From NCBI GenBank assembly GCA_963707025.1, contig CAVPOM010000003.1, positions 128,001 to 192,000 of the forward strand: DNA of 64,000 nucleotides. The letters are read 5' to 3'. A program made the translations under genes and the position numbers. A model generated the notes under the pieces. The model made no database searches and was not told the origin of the DNA. It saw nothing but the letters and a program-made list of their open reading frames with translations. Source of the stretch: an uncultured Verrucomicrobiae bacterium (GTDB lineage Bacteria; Verrucomicrobiota; Verrucomicrobiia; Limisphaerales; Palsa-1400). This document shows positions 1 to 12,000 of this stretch, piece by piece (positions within the stretch are counted from its first letter, which is position 1; each line of letters opens with the position of its first letter).

Positions 1-3000
1 GGCACGGCGACCGTCAGGTCCGGACCGGCGGCGCCGGTGTTTGACACCGTGAAGGTGGTCTGGCCCGTGGCGGCGTTAATCCCCAGATTAAGGCCCGCGT
101 TGGTCACATCCAGGGTGTTGGTGATGACGGAGGGGAAGGTGCCGCCAACGGTCACCGAACTGCCCAACTCGAAAGGCTCGTACTCCACCGTGGTCCCGGC
201 CGGAGCAGGATAACAGAGCAGTTCGCCGCCCATGAGAGTGAGGGCGCCGATGCCCGCGTTGCCGACAGTAATTTGCATCACGCCGCCCTGGTTAATGATG
301 AAAGCCAGTGCCGGAGTCGTGGTGCCATTGCCGAACTCATTGCCCTGAGGGGCGGCCGCGCCATCGAGAGAAAGAACGCCGTTGCTGTTGATCGTGACGG
401 TGCGGCCGGCAGTTTGCGGATTGCCCAAGCCGCTCGCCGTCGGATTGGCCGCGTTCTCCTGGTTAAGGTCCGACACATAACTGTTGGTTATGGTGATATT
501 GCCGGTGAAGGTATTGGCCGCGCTGAGGGTCAGGATGGCGCCGCTATTCGTTCCGCCTCCGTTGACGTTGAGCGCGCCGGCCCCGGAAATAACTCCCGAT
601 AACGTCTGAGGCGCCCCGCTGTTGTAGTTGAACGTGCCGCTGTTGGCGATGGTGCCCGCATAAGCGCCGCTGCTCAATTGTCCGCCAGCCCCGATCGTCA
701 GCGTGCCGCTGCTGACGGTGGTGTTGCCGCCGTAAGTATTGACGCCCGACAGCGTGGCGGTGCCGGTGCCCGCCATGGTCAATCCCCCGGTGTCCTGGAT
801 GACCGCAGGGATGGTCGTATTGGATGGGCCGGTCATGGAGAGCACATAGCCGCCGTTGTCTATCAGTTGCTCAAAGACAAGGTTGCCGGCGGCCGCGTTA
901 ATGGTCGCCGGTGCGAAAAGGGCGACCGCCAGGTTGAACGTTTCCGTCTGGGCCGAGTTGTTGGTGATGCCGCCGGTGATCCCCAGGTTGTTGCCACTGG
1001 AGCCGAGGGTGAAACTCCCGGCCGTACTGTCGAACAACAGTCCCACGACGGTGTAGCCCAGATCCATCAGCGGCGACGGCCGTGTCAGGCCGGCAAAAGT
1101 GACCGTGTCCCCGGTTTGAGCAGGCGCCAGGTTCCCAAGCCAGTTGGCATTGTCGCTCCAATTGTTGTCGGTGGAGGACAGGCCGGTCCAGTAGCGGCCG
1201 GGCAGAACGGTGAACGAAATGGTGGCCACACCCACCTCGCCGGCGGCGTCCGTAATCAGCGCTGTCAAGGTCTGGGCGCCTGGAGTGAAGCCGTTGAGGA
1301 TGGTGATGGTGTTGGTGTAAACATTGGGCGTGCCCGTTGCCGTCATGGGCACGGCCGACAACCCGCCTATCGCGCTTTCATTCAAAACCACGCTGGAGAT
1401 GGCCGGGTTGCCGCCGGGAGTGACGGTGACGGTGACCAGCGCGCTTCCGTTCTCATACAGGTTGGTCGGGCTGATGGAACCGACGCCGATGGGCGGCAAG
1501 CTTGAGGCGAGGTAAGAATGGAGCAAAACTTGCGTGGCGTTGGTAATAATGTTGAAGTTGGCTGCATTGGCCGGTTTGACATCCCAAACCGGCGTGCTGC
1601 CGGGGTTGCCGGTGATGCCGCCGGTCACGCTGAAGAGCACGTAATCGGCCGAGGTGTCCAAATTCGCCGCGGCGCTTGGGGCGGAGATATGAATGGGGTT
1701 GCCATTGAGCGCCAAGCCGCCGCCGACAGTGAACAGACCGTTGCTTTGATTGTGGGCGGTGCCCAGACACATGTAGGCCGCGACGCCCGAGCCCAAGGTC
1801 AGGGCATTGTTAAAGGTGTTGGTGGCATAGTTGGTGGGATAGGCGGCGGCCAAGCCGGCATAAACCTTGCAACCCGGGCCGGCGGTAAAGGGGCCGTTGT
1901 TGGTGCCGCTGCCAAACTCGGTCTGGCCGCTCAGAGTGTAGGCGGTGGCCGACAAGTCCAAGGTCGCTCCGGCGGCCACGGTAATGGTGGGGCTGGTCAA
2001 CCGTGCAGGGTTCAGGCTGTCGTTCAGCGCCAGTGTGCCGTTGCTGATGGTCGTCGTGCCCGACCAACTGTTGGTTCCGCTCAAAGTAAGCGTGCCGCCG
2101 CCGGTCTTGACCAAGCTGCCGACGCCGCCGATGCCGCCGCTCAGCCCAATGTTATACGGCACACCATTGGGATCAGCCGCCTGGATGGTGAAGGTGGTGG
2201 CCGTGGGCAGGAGGAAGCCAGTGCCCGAGCCGTTGGCCGTGACCGAACTGGACCAATTGCTGAGCGCGCCCAAAAGCCCGCTTTCCAGGGAGATCGTGGG
2301 CAAATAAGTCCCGGTCAGGCTGGCTGGATTGATGCCGCCGCCGCCCACATACAACGTGGAATTGGTAATGAACATGAATCCCTGTCCGGCGGCGGTATCG
2401 CCACTGGTGCCAAAGTTGATCAACTGCACATAATTGCTGCCGCCCGAAAAAACCACTTCGGCGTCGTTCGCCACAGCGGCGCTATTGGCGATGACCAGGC
2501 CGTTGACCGTGTCCAGATTGGTGAAGTGGCCTCCGTTGAGCTGCAGGATGGTCCAGCGCCCGGTTGTCCCCTGGCTCCCCACCAACACCTCATTGGTCAC
2601 CGTCATGCTGCCCGCATCCATCCGAAGGGAGGTGGAAGAATTGGCCCCGTTTGCGCCGCCCACCGACAACTGGCCCAAATAGACTTGGGCCGGAGAGAGG
2701 GTGTTGGTTGAATTAATATAAAGGCCGACGGTGGTCAATGCCGCCGTGGGCGTCGTCGCGGTCGGTCCCGCGTAGTTATTATCGCGCCCCAGGAGAATCT
2801 CGGACGAGGTGAAGCTGCCGCCGGTGATCTCGATCAGCATGCCATCATTGTTGGCTTGTGTTATTTCACCAACATTGACCGTGCCGGCGGTTTGCAGAAA
2901 GGCGTTGGCGACCTGGCCCAGTATGTTGACTGTAGTGGAGGCGTTGGTCAGCAACCCGCCGTTGACCAGATAGCCCTGGCCCGCCAGCGTGCCGACGTTG

Positions 3001-6000
3001 AGGACGCCGCCATTGGAAATGGCCAGCGTGCCGGCGTTCACCGTGGTCAGGCCCGTCCAGTAATTGGAGCCGGTCAAGGTCAGCGTGCCGGATCCGTTCT
3101 TGATGAAGGGAGCGCCCAAGCCGGTGTCCGTCATGCCGCCGGAGTAGATGGCGTTTTGGTTGTTGCCGCCCACGCTCAAGGTGACCGGCAGGCTGCTCGC
3201 GTTGAGCAAGGGGAGGTTCGCCGAGCCGCTCAGTTGGCCAATCGAGGCCGTGGTCATGCTGGTGTCGAAGACCAGGACCCCTCCGCCGGTGTTGTAAACC
3301 AAAGTGCTGCCGGCCAGGGATTCGTTGTCCGTCGTAGTCGCCGAGTTGGCATTGCCCAAAAGCTGCAGAATGCCGTTGGCAACGGCCGTGGTGCCGTTAA
3401 AAGTTCCAGGGCCTTCCAGGAACACCGTGCCGGTGCTGCCCGGGAAGCTGTTCACGATGAGATTGTTTTGGCCCAAGTTGCCAGCGGAGGCGATGAGACC
3501 TTGCACGGTCAGGGACGACGCGCTGATGGCGTCCAGATAGGCATTGGTGCCGACACTTCCCGATGGCAACCCGATGGAGAAGTTGCGGTTGAGGGCGGTG
3601 ACCACGGTGCCGCTGCCCTGCAAATCGCCGCCGTTCAAGACCAGCGGCGCTACCGCGCCGAGATTATTGTCCGCGATAATGCTGATGGCGCCCGCTTTGA
3701 TGGTGGTGCCGCCGGTGTAAGTGTTGACCTCGAGCAAACCCAGGGTGCCGCTGCCCACCTTTGTCAATGTGCCGCCGTCACTAATGACACCACTGAGCGA
3801 CAGACCGTTGGCCTGGGTGTCCACCGTGCCGGTCACGCCTGGTGCAATATCAAAGTTGTTGAGCAAGTTCGCCGACGCCCCCACCTGGAGGGTGCTGTTG
3901 GCCGCAAAGCTCACATCCCCCGCTCCCAGCGCGGTGTCACTGCCGACCTGCAAGATGGCGCCGTTGCCCAATATGGTGCCGAAGGTGCCCGCTGCGGGAC
4001 CGTAGGTGTTGACGCCCGACAACGCCAGGGTGCCTCCCCCGGTCAAGGCCAGCGCCTCGGGGGTGCTGGCGGCGTTGGCAATGCCGCCGGAAATGGCGAG
4101 CAAATTGCCGGTGCTGATCGTCGCGGTCAGGTTGTCGCTCAGCGATATTGGCGCTTGAACCGTGTTGGCGCTGCCGCCGCTCACATTCACCCTGGCTCCG
4201 CCGCCCTCGTTATCCAGCGTCAAAGTGTGCCCGCCGTCGGCAATGACAAAGGAGCTGTTGTTGGTGAACGCCAGGACACCGATGGTTTCGGGCGCATCCA
4301 AAGTAACGGTTCGTTGCGCCGTTTCGATCCCAAAGATGGCCTCGCTGCCGCGAGTATCAGGGACGGCGCTATTGAACCAGTTGGCGGAACCCGACCAGTT
4401 GCCACTGGCGTCCACGTCCCAGAGTCCCACCGTCACGGCCGGATCAATCGCTATCGTCAAGGTTAAATAGCCGCCGCTGGCGCCAAACGAATACTCGGCG
4501 CCCGCTTGTTGATTGCCGATATGGGGGTTAAAGGCGCTGACCGTCGTCCAGGTGCTGTCCAAGCCCGTGCCGCCGATGGCGCCGCTGTATTGGACGAGGT
4601 TGTAGGTGCCGGGCGTGCTGTAGCCGAACGGGCTGCCCGCCTGGAAAAGGTTGAAGGCCCCGCCACTGAGGGTCAAGCCGCCCGAGGAGGTGACGGTGAT
4701 TTGAGTGTTGGCCGCGCCGTTGAATTCAAGATTGAAGTTGGCCCCCGGGTTGATGAAAGTCCCGCTTGGACCGATCGTCACCGCTCCTACGGCCAGCGTG
4801 CCCGTGCCGCTGGGGTTGCCGGGGTTGACATTGCCGCCGGCGCTGACCGCCAGGCTGCCGGCCAACGATCCAGGGCCGGACAAATTGGCGCCGTTCTGCA
4901 CCGCCACCGGTCCCGAACCCGTGGCGGAACCGCTGGTATTGTTGACGACTAAAGTGGCGCCGCTGCCAATGATCGTGCCGCCCGCGTAGGTGCTGGCCGC
5001 CGACAAAGTCAACGTCCCGTTGGTCACCGTCAATGTCCCGCTGCCGCCAATCGGACTGGCCAGGGTCACGTTGTTCCGATTCAAGTCCAAAGTGCCGCCG
5101 CCCGGACCCACCACCAGCCCCTGGGCGGAAACATCCAGGGTGTTGCCGGAAGCCCACTGCAGCGTGCCGCCGTTCAAGGTAACGGGCCCCGTGCCCAAGG
5201 TGCCGGGGGCGAAGTTTAAGATGCCGCTATAGAGCACCGTGCCGCCAGAGTAAGAATTGGCGCCGGTCAGGACCACCGTGCCAATGGCGTTGGTCGCCGG
5301 GTTTGGGGTGTTGGCGCCCGTGCCGGGAACCAGCCCCAAAACATTCCCGTTGGCCGTGGAGGCCGGGATGCCGATGAACAACGGGCCTGTCCCCGCGCTG
5401 CCGCTGATGACGCCGTCCACCGTGAATGTCTTGTTGCTGACGGCCGCCAAGCCGCCCCCGTTGAACCCGAGGGCAAAGGGGCGCTTGTTCGCACCGGCGT
5501 TATCCATCGCAAAGGTGGCTCCGGCCAGCACGGTGCCGCCATTCAAATTGATCGTGGCAGCGCCGGAGGCGGCCCCAAAAACCGAAGAGTTGATGATATC
5601 CGATACTCCACCGTTCAAGTAGGTCTGTCCGGTGTAAGAGGTGGCCAGATTGTATATGACCGTGCCGGGACCTGACTGCACGAATTGATCCGGCGCCGTG
5701 CTGGTATCGGTAATCGTCTCATTGAAGATCAACAATCCGTTGGTGTTATTCTGCCAAAAGACCAGCGCGCGATTGGCCCCATTGCGGTTGGCCTCCATGC
5801 TGTTGTTGCCCGTAATGATGATATTATTGCTGCTCACGTCCGGAGTGACCAGAACGCCCGCCCCATCCACGATGCTGGTCAAGGTGTAGGTAATGGCGGC
5901 GGCGGTGTTGAAGCGCAGGCTCATTTGTGAGGCCGTATTATGCGAACTGGCGTTGCCGGTGATGTCGAGGTTTAAGCCGGTTTGAGTTACACCGCCGGCA

Positions 6001-8057
6001 GCGAAGGGCGTGTAGAACCCTGTAATCTGGCTGCCGCCCACGATCGTGGCAGGACCGCCGCCGGTTGTGGCCGCCCAATCGTACGCGCCGACGGTGGCGA
6101 AACCGCTGGAGGTTGTCGGGCCATTCAGCAGACCACCCCCAAATCCGTTTTGTCCTCCCGCCGTGAGCGTTGTAATGGTGCCCGTCGCGGCCACGGGATT
6201 ACCGCCCGCGCCGATGGTGGCAGGGCCATTGAAGACCACTGTTCCGCCCAGACTTTCAGTCATGTTGTTAAGATCCAGCTCCGGGGATTGGGGACCGGAA
6301 ACCGTGATTGTGGAATTGCCGGCGTTAAACACAGTGCTGGCGACGGCCTGGTCGTTAAACGCAGCGGCGTTGCCAATGACATTCAACGTGCCGCCCCCCA
6401 GGGTCAGAGCCGAACTGGAGGAAATGATATTATCGGCCGCGCCGCCCGTGTAATCCAGGTTCACCGTCCCGGCGTTGACGACGGTGGCGCCGGTGTAAGT
6501 TTGATTATTGGTGAGGGTCAGACTGGCGGCGCCTTCCTTGGTCAGACCGGTGGCGCCTCCGATGACCCCACTGCCGCCAATCGCATAACTGGTCACGTTG
6601 TTGTTGACCAGGACATTAGTCGGGTTGACCGTCGCGCTCACCGTCACGGTGATGGCGGTGGCGCCGTTGGCGGCGTCCGCAAAAACCGCGAATTCACCGT
6701 TCGCATACGTGGCGGCCGCTCCATCGAACCAGTTGGGGGTGGTGGTGTCCCAGATGCCCGAACCGGTTGCCCACGTCACTTGGTTGCCTTTGCCGGTAGC
6801 CAACAGCAGGTCAATGGAATTGTTGGCTGTGTTGTTCAAGATGGTGCCGGTCACCCCCAAGGTGGTTATGGTCAAGTTGGCCGTGGTCGGCGCCGCGCCC
6901 GAAAGTGCCCCGGTATATTTGATGAGCGGGTAATCGCCGGCGGGAATCGCCACGTTGCCGGAAATGATGACGTTGGGTGTGCCGGTAAAAGGCAGGGGGC
7001 CGTTGACCTGGAGCGGAGCGGCCGTGGTGCTGGGGCTTTGGGAGAAATTGAAAATCGTGTAAGCCGTGCCCGAAATGTAGGTCAAGCCGGCACAAGTCCA
7101 CTGCCCGCCTGTGGTGGTCACATTGACGGCGTTGGTCGCTCCGGCCGCCACCGTGACGGCGCCCACACTGGAACTGCCGGTGGCCACGATGAGTTCGCCG
7201 GCATTGACGGCAGTTGGCCCGGTGTAGGTATCGTTTCCCGAAACCGTCAGCGTGCCTGTGCCATTTTGGTTCAGCGCGCCCGTCCCGGAAACCGCACCCG
7301 AAATGGTCGCGGCGGCTGCGCTGTTGACCGTGATCGTGCCATTGTTGGTCACTGTTCCCAACAAGGTCTGCGCGGCCAGGCCATTGAGGTTGATGGCTGC
7401 GCCGACCGCGTTGGTAATCGCGCCCAACAAGGTCTGTGCGTTGGCGCCGGTGAAATTGAAGATGCCGCTATTGGTAATGGCGCCGGCGTAGGCCCCGGAG
7501 TTCAACTCGCCGGTGGGGCCGATGGTCAGCGTGCCGGCGATGCCCTGGATGGCGCCGGTGAAAGTGTTGGTGCCGTTGAGCGTGAGCGTGCCCAGGCCGG
7601 TCTGGGAGATGGCTTGCGCCCCGGAAATGGGATAATTGATGACCAGGTTGCCGGCGGCCAGGCTGACATTGAAACTGTGGGTGGCGCCCAGGGCGATGGG
7701 CAGATTGATCGTTTCCACCGATGTGGCGTTGTCCGTCAGCCCGGACCCCGGGGTGATCCCGACGCCATAGAGCACGAACGGCCCGGCGCCGGTGCTGAAG
7801 GTGATGCCGTTGAAAATGAGTTGCGCCACGGTGTTGGTGTAGTTGTTGGTGGTGTTGAGCTGGGTCGAGCCGGAAAAGGTGAGCGTGGCGTTGGTGGCCG
7901 GCGTAGCCACCGGCGACCAGTTGTTGGCGTTGGTCCAATTGCCGTCACCGCTCCCCAACCCGGTCCAGGTTTGGGCAAAGGCGGCGCTGCCGGCCAGCAA
8001 CACGCAGAAGGCGACAAAGATGTGAAGGCGACGCAGAGTATGGACGATGATTTTCAT
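1..8057 (-). CDS. Giant secreted autotransporter-associated beta-strand repeat protein (>2,680 aa, C-terminus beyond window edge)
   Basis: Read manually from ATG 8057: signal peptide MKIIVHTLRRLHIFVAFCVLLAGSAAFA, then QTWTGLGSGDGNWTNANNW and many G-x-G-T-L-T-L-x-G-x-N-T-Y-x-G-x-T-x-I/V-x-x-G-T-L repeats. Very Gly/Thr/Asn rich. Absent from the ORF track, consistent with no stop before position 1. Confidence 0.9.
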   Translation of the reverse strand, partial: MKIIVHTLRRLHIFVAFCVLLAGSAAFAQTWTGLGSGDGNWTNANNWSPVATPATNATLTFSGSTQLNTTNNYTNTVAQLIFNGITFSTGAGPFVLYGVGITPGSGLTDNATSVETINLPIALGATHSFNVSLAAGNLVINYPISGAQAISQTGLGTLTLNGTNTFTGAIQGIAGTLTIGPTGELNSGAYAGAITNSGIFNFTGANAQTLLGAITNAVGAAINLNGLAAQTLLGTVTNNGTITVNSAAAATISGAVSGTGALNQNGTGTLTVSGNDTYTGPTAVNAGELIVATGSSSVGAVTVAAGATNAVNVTTTGGQWTCAGLTYISGTAYTIFNFSQSPSTTAAPLQVNGPLPFTGTPNVIISGNVAIPAGDYPLIKYTGALSGAAPTTANLTITTLGVTGTILNNTANNSIDLLLATGKGNQVTWATGSGIWDTTTPNWFDGAAATYANGEFAVFADAANGATAITVTVSATVNPTNVLVNNNVTSYAIGGSGVIGGATGLTKEGAASLTLTNNQTYTGATVVNAGTVNLDYTGGAADNIISSSSALTLGGGTLNVIGNAAAFNDQAVASTVFNAGNSTITVSGPQSPELDLNNMTESLGGTVVFNGPATIGAGGNPVAATGTITTLTAGGQNGFGGGLLNGPTTSSGFATVGAYDWAATTGGGPATIVGGSQITGFYTPFAAGGVTQTGLNLDITGNASSHNTASQMSLRFNTAAAITYTLTSIVDGAGVLVTPDVSSNNIIITGNNSMEANRNGANRALVFWQNNTNGLLIFNETITDTSTAPDQFVQSGPGTVIYNLATSYTGQTYLNGGVSDIINSSVFGAASGAATINLNGGTVLAGATFAMDNAGANKRPFALGFNGGGLAAVSNKTFTVDGVISGSAGTGPLFIGIPASTANGNVLGLVPGTGANTPNPATNAIGTVVLTGANSYSGGTVLYSGILNFAPGTLGTGPVTLNGGTLQWASGNTLDVSAQGLVVGPGGGTLDLNRNNVTLASPIGGSGTLTVTNGTLTLSAASTYAGGTIIGSGATLVVNNTSGSATGSGPVAVQNGANLSGPGSLAGSLAVSAGGNVNPGNPSGTGTLAVGAVTIGPSGTFINPGANFNLEFNGAANTQITVTSSGGLTLSGGAFNLFQAGSPFGYSTPGTYNLVQYSGAIGGTGLDSTWTTVSAFNPHIGNQQAGAEYSFGASGGYLTLTIAIDPAVTVGLWDVDASGNWSGSANWFNSAVPDTRGSEAIFGIETAQRTVTLDAPETIGVLAFTNNSSFVIADGGHTLTLDNEGGGARVNVSGGSANTVQAPISLSDNLTATISTGNLLAISGGIANAASTPEALALTGGGTLALSGVNTYGPAAGTFGTILGNGAILQVGSDTALGAGDVSFAANSTLQVGASANLLNNFDIAPGVTGTVDTQANGLSLSGVISDGGTLTKVGSGTLGLLEVNTYTGGTTIKAGAISIIADNNLGAVAPLVLNGGDLQGSGTVVTALNRNFSIGLPSGSVGTNAYLDAISASSLTVQGLIASAGNLGQNNLIVNSFPGSTGTVFLEGPGTFNGTTAVANGILQLLGNANSATTTDNESLAGSTLVYNTGGGVLVFDTSMTTASIGQLSGSANLPLLNASSLPVTLSVGGNNQNAIYSGGMTDTGLGAPFIKNGSGTLTLTGSNYWTGLTTVNAGTLAISNGGVLNVGTLAGQGYLVNGGLLTNASTTVNILGQVANAFLQTAGTVNVGEITQANNDGMLIEITGGSFTSSEILLGRDNNYAGPTATTPTAALTTVGLYINSTNTLSPAQVYLGQLSVGGANGANSSTSLRMDAGSMTVTNEVLVGSQGTTGRWTILQLNGGHFTNLDTVNGLVIANSAAVANDAEVVFSGGSNYVQLINFGTSGDTAAGQGFMFITNSTLYVGGGGINPASLTGTYLPTISLESGLLGALSNWSSSVTANGSGTGFLLPTATTFTIQAADPNGVPYNIGLSGGIGGVGSLVKTGGGTLTLSGTNSWSGTTTISNGTLALNDSLNPARLTSPTITVAAGATLDLSATAYTLSGQTEFGSGTNNGPFTAGPGCKVYAGLAAAYPTNYATNTFNNALTLGSGVAAYMCLGTAHNQSNGLFTVGGGLALNGNPIHISAPSAAANLDTSADYVLFSVTGGITGNPGSTPVWDVKPANAANFNIITNATQVLLHSYLASSLPPIGVGSISPTNLYENGSALVTVTVTPGGNPAISSVVLNESAIGGLSAVPMTATGTPNVYTNTITILNGFTPGAQTLTALITDAAGEVGVATISFTVLPGRYWTGLSSTDNNWSDNANWLGNLAPAQTGDTVTFAGLTRPSPLMDLGYTVVGLLFDSTAGSFTLGSSGNNLGITGGITNNSAQTETFNLAVALFAPATINAAAGNLVFEQLIDNGGYVLSMTGPSNTTIPAVIQDTGGLTMAGTGTATLSGVNTYGGNTTVSSGTLTIGAGGQLSSGAYAGTIANSGTFNYNSGAPQTLSGVISGAGALNVNGGGTNSGAILTLSAANTFTGNITITNSYVSDLNQENAANPTASGLGNPQTAGRTVTINSNGVLSLDGAAAPQGNEFGNGTTTPALAFIINQGGVMQITVGNAGIGALTLMGGELLCYPAPAGTTVEYEPFELGSSVTVGGTFPSVITNTLDVTNAGLNLGINAATGQTTFTVSNTGAAGPDLTVAV

Positions 8058-8316
8058 GGCTGGTTTATGGCTGTTTCTGGGTTTTCGGGCAAGAACCGGC
8101 GGCTGGCTTCGAGTGGCGGGAATGTGCCGGCTTTTCATAATACTGCTTTCGTTCGGTTTGCCACGCTCCGGCATGTCCCCGTTAGGCGACACAGACACAA
8201 CCGGCGGAATGATACATTCCGGCGCGTGGGCAAGAGTTATAGCCGGGATTATCCCCTAAATGACCGGGCTTGGCTATCGCCAATTCTGGCGACGCCAGAA
8301 TGAGCGGCACTAATCG

Positions 8317-8985
8317 TCAATTCAACCCGGCAGGAGGCGCGGCTGCGGCCGGCCGCCGACTTTGCCCCAGGTGCTTGGCCACCGCCTCCGTGCGCGAGCG
8401 GACGTGGAGTTTCTCGTAGATGTGCCGGATATGGGTGTGGACCGTGGCGTAAGTCAGCCGCATGAGGTCGGCGATTTCCTTGTAAAGGTAGCCCTTGGCC
8501 AGCAAATCCAGGACTTGCGCCTCGCGGGGGGACAAATTCTGGCCTTCCGACTCGTCCGCCCCCGGCTGCTGAAAGGATTGGACGATCTTGCGCGCAATGT
8601 GGCTGCTCATGGGCGAGCCTCCCTCATGCGCGTTGCGGATGGCCGCGAGCAACTCCGCCGGCGGCGTCTGCTTGAGCATGTATCCAGTGGCCCCGGCGGC
8701 CAGGGCGTTAAAGATGTTTTCGGTGTTCTGATAGACCGTGAGCATAATCACCTGGGTGGCCGCCGCCAGCGGCTTGAGTCGCCGCACGCATTCCACCCCG
8801 TTCAGACCCGGCAGGTTGATGTCCATCAGGGTCACATCCGGGCAGATCCGGGGAATCTCCTGCAAAGCGTTCTCGGCGGTGGCGTGCTGGCTGACACAAC
8901 AGTAGCCCGGCGAACTGTCAATCAACCGGGCCAGCGTTCCCCGCACCTCGGCGTCGTCCTCAACTATCGAAACAGAAATGCTCAT
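8317..8985 (-). CDS. NarL/LuxR-family two-component response regulator
   Basis: REC domain (IVEDD, LMDINLPG, GYMLK) plus LuxR HTH (LSPREAQVL...TVHTHIRHIYEKLHVRSRTEAV). Confidence 0.95.
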   Translation of the reverse strand: MSISVSIVEDDAEVRGTLARLIDSSPGYCCVSQHATAENALQEIPRICPDVTLMDINLPGLNGVECVRRLKPLAAATQVIMLTVYQNTENIFNALAAGATGYMLKQTPPAELLAAIRNAHEGGSPMSSHIARKIVQSFQQPGADESEGQNLSPREAQVLDLLAKGYLYKEIADLMRLTYATVHTHIRHIYEKLHVRSRTEAVAKHLGQSRRPAAAAPPAGLN

Positions 8986-9000
8986 GGAGTGCCGGCCACT

Positions 9001-12000
9001 TTACTTCCCCGCCGCCGGCCCGCCAATCGCCACAATTGGCGATGCGGCTCCATTGTTCCGGCCCGCCTGCGGCCGGATGGGCAGATGCAGTTCGACTCGC
9101 GTTCCGCAGCCCGGATTGCTGATCACCACGCAACGGCCGCCGATGGCCGCCAGGCGATTTTCCAAATTCAACAGCCCCGAGCCGGAAGCCAGGCGCAGGC
9201 CCCCGGCGGCCGCCAGCCCGCCGGGCTGGCGGGCGTCAAACCGTGGCCGTTGTCCTCCACCACCAAGATCAATCCATCCGGCTGAAGGAGCAGGCGCAGC
9301 CAGACTTCGCTGGCATTGGAATGCTTGACGATGTTGTTGAGCGTTTCCTTCAGCGCCAGGAATAAATGGTAACGCAACTCGGTGTCCACCCGCGCCTCCG
9401 GCAGCGCGCCGGGCATGTCCATGCGGCAGCGCATGCCCGCCGTGCGCAGAAAATCCTCCGCATAGGCCGAGGCGTAGTCCATGAACCCGCTGAAGGTGTC
9501 GTGCTGCGGATCCACCGCCCAGACGATTTCATCCATCGCCCGCGTCAATTGCCGGGCGGATTGGGAAATGCGGTCCAGGTGGGCGGCGGAGTGTTCCGGT
9601 TCGCGGCGCGCCAATTCGCTCAAGAGGGTGATCTGGGTCAGGCCCGCGCCGATATCGTCATGGATGTCCTTGGCGATGCGGGCACGGTCCCGCTCGATGG
9701 CATGTTGCTGCTCCAACCGGGCCAATTGGCGCCGGTATTTCCGGGCCGAGGCGGCCCGCACGCCCGCGCCCACTCCGGCCAGCGCCACCGCCCCGCTGAA
9801 CGCCAGAAACCACCCCGCTTCATACCAATAAGGTTCCACCCGAAACGCCACCGCGGCCCCCGTCCGGTTCCAAATCCCGTCACCATTGCAGGCCGTCACC
9901 TGGAAGACATAATTATTGGGCGGCAGATGCCAATACTGGGCCGTGGGCCGCTTCGGGTCGGTTTCCGCCCAGGCGGTGTCCAGTCCCTCGATGCGAAAGC
10001 GAAAGCGCGTCTTGTCCGGCGCGTCGAAATTCAGGGCCGTGAAGCGGAATTCAAACTGGTTGTGCCCCGGACCCACCAGCAGCTTGCCCGCTCCCAGCGC
10101 CTGCGCTTCGTTATCCACCCGCATCTCTTCGATCACCACCGGAGGGGGGACGGAATTGGCCGTCAGTTCCGCCGGATTAACCGAGACGACCCCGGCGGTG
10201 GTGGTGAACCAGAGGCGGCCGTCGCGCCCCCGCCAGCACGCCGGCTGATAACGGTCCGAGCATTCCAGGGTTGGCAGCCCGTCAAAGGTTCCGTAAGCCG
10301 CGCAATCCACCACACTTTTGGCGTGGCTGGCCACCGCGTCCAACTCCGTCTTGTCCACCCGGTAAATGCCTTGATGGGTCCCCAGCCAGAGCCGGCGGCG
10401 GTCGTCTTCCAAAATCTGGGAAATGACATCCACCGGCAGCCCTTCCTGGGCGGTGAAACGTGTGAACTTGCCCTCCTTGAACCGGAGCAGCCCGCCCCGG
10501 AACGTCCCCGCCCAGACCACCCCGTTCTTGTCCGCCAGCAACGACCAAATCGGCTGGTCCGCCAGCGCGTCGTTCGGTCGAAACCCCTTCAACTTGTCCC
10601 CGTCGCTCCGATAAAGCGTCCCATTATCAGCCCCGCACCACACTGTTCCGTCGGCCCCTTCCGCCAAGGCCCGCACCGCCGGCAGGGCCGCGCCGTCCTC
10701 CGTTTCAATGGCGTGCCGCCCCGCCGGCGACCACCAGGAAACGCCCGCCTTGGTGCCCGCCCAGAGACGGCCGGCGCAATCGCTTAAAATAGATTTGACT
10801 CCATGCACCTCCCACGGCGCCCGTTCCACCCGCCCGTCGCGAAAGTCGAACAAATCCTCCCCCTCCCCCGCGCTCAGCCATAAGCCCCCTCGGGCCGCGG
10901 GTACATGGAAAACACAAAATTCGCCGCCGCGCTGTTCCCCACCGAAAAGGCCGTGATCTTTTCCCCCTCCCTCCGGCACAAACCTCCCTCCGCCGTCCCT
11001 ATCCACACCGCCCCGTCCCGGTCTTCGCAGACGGACATGGCGGCCCGCGCCGTCAGGCCTTCCGCCCTGCCGATCACCTGAAACCGCCGGTCATGCAGCC
11101 GCGCCAGCCCGCCCTGGTCAATCCCCAGCCAGATGCCCCCGTCATGCCCTTCCAGCCAGGCTCCAATCCGGTTCCCCAGCAGCCCGTCCCGCGTGGTCAG
11201 CCGCTCATGCCGCCCTTCCGGGGTGATGTGAAAGACGCCATTGCCATAATGATTAAACCACACGCCCCCCGACCGGTCCTCGTGCGCCCCCATGGCCCGG
11301 CCCGAAGCCGGCCCCAGCAATCCGCGCCACTCCGTCACTTCCTCCACCCACTGCCGCCCCGTCTGTTTGCGCAACCGGTCCCCGTCCAAAACCCACAGCG
11401 CCCCGGACCGGGTGGGAAAAAGCATCGGCCGGCTGCAAATTGGCCTCCCCGTTCGTCGGCGTCATCGTCTCGAACCGGCTCCCGTTCCAGCGGCCAATCT
11501 CATTCTCCGCGCCGGCCCAGACCGCCCCGCGCGCATCCGCCACCAGCGTCAGCACCCGTTTGCTGCCCAGGCCGCCGTTCTCCGGCAAGGCGGTGAATTC
11601 CTTGTCCACCACCCGGATGATGTTTCCTTCCCGCGACAGAAACCACAAAATGCCGTTCCGGTCCACACACTGGAACAGCGGCCGCATCTCGCCCGGCGGT
11701 GTCAGCGTGTTCCAACTGCTTTGCCGCGGCGGGCCATGACCGCCGCGGGCGGGCTCCTCGCCAGGACCGTCCAGCTTGTGCTCAAACACCGTCCCGAACT
11801 GGGTGACAAACACCACCGCATTGGACGACGAGGAAACCAGCCTCGTGTGCAGATCAAACACCGCCTGATCCGGCAACTCCCGGCGAAACACCCCGTTCTT
11901 CAAGGCCGTCAGCCCCCCGCGGAACGTGTTGATCCAGAGCGTGCCCGTCACGTCCACATCCAACTCCTGAATGCGCGCGTGGTTCAGGTGATCAAAGGTG

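Noticed and set aside
273..8303. Long plus-strand ORFs (e.g. 2856-4466, 5982-8303)
   Set aside because: Shadow ORFs antisense to the giant repeat gene, with no recognisable motifs.
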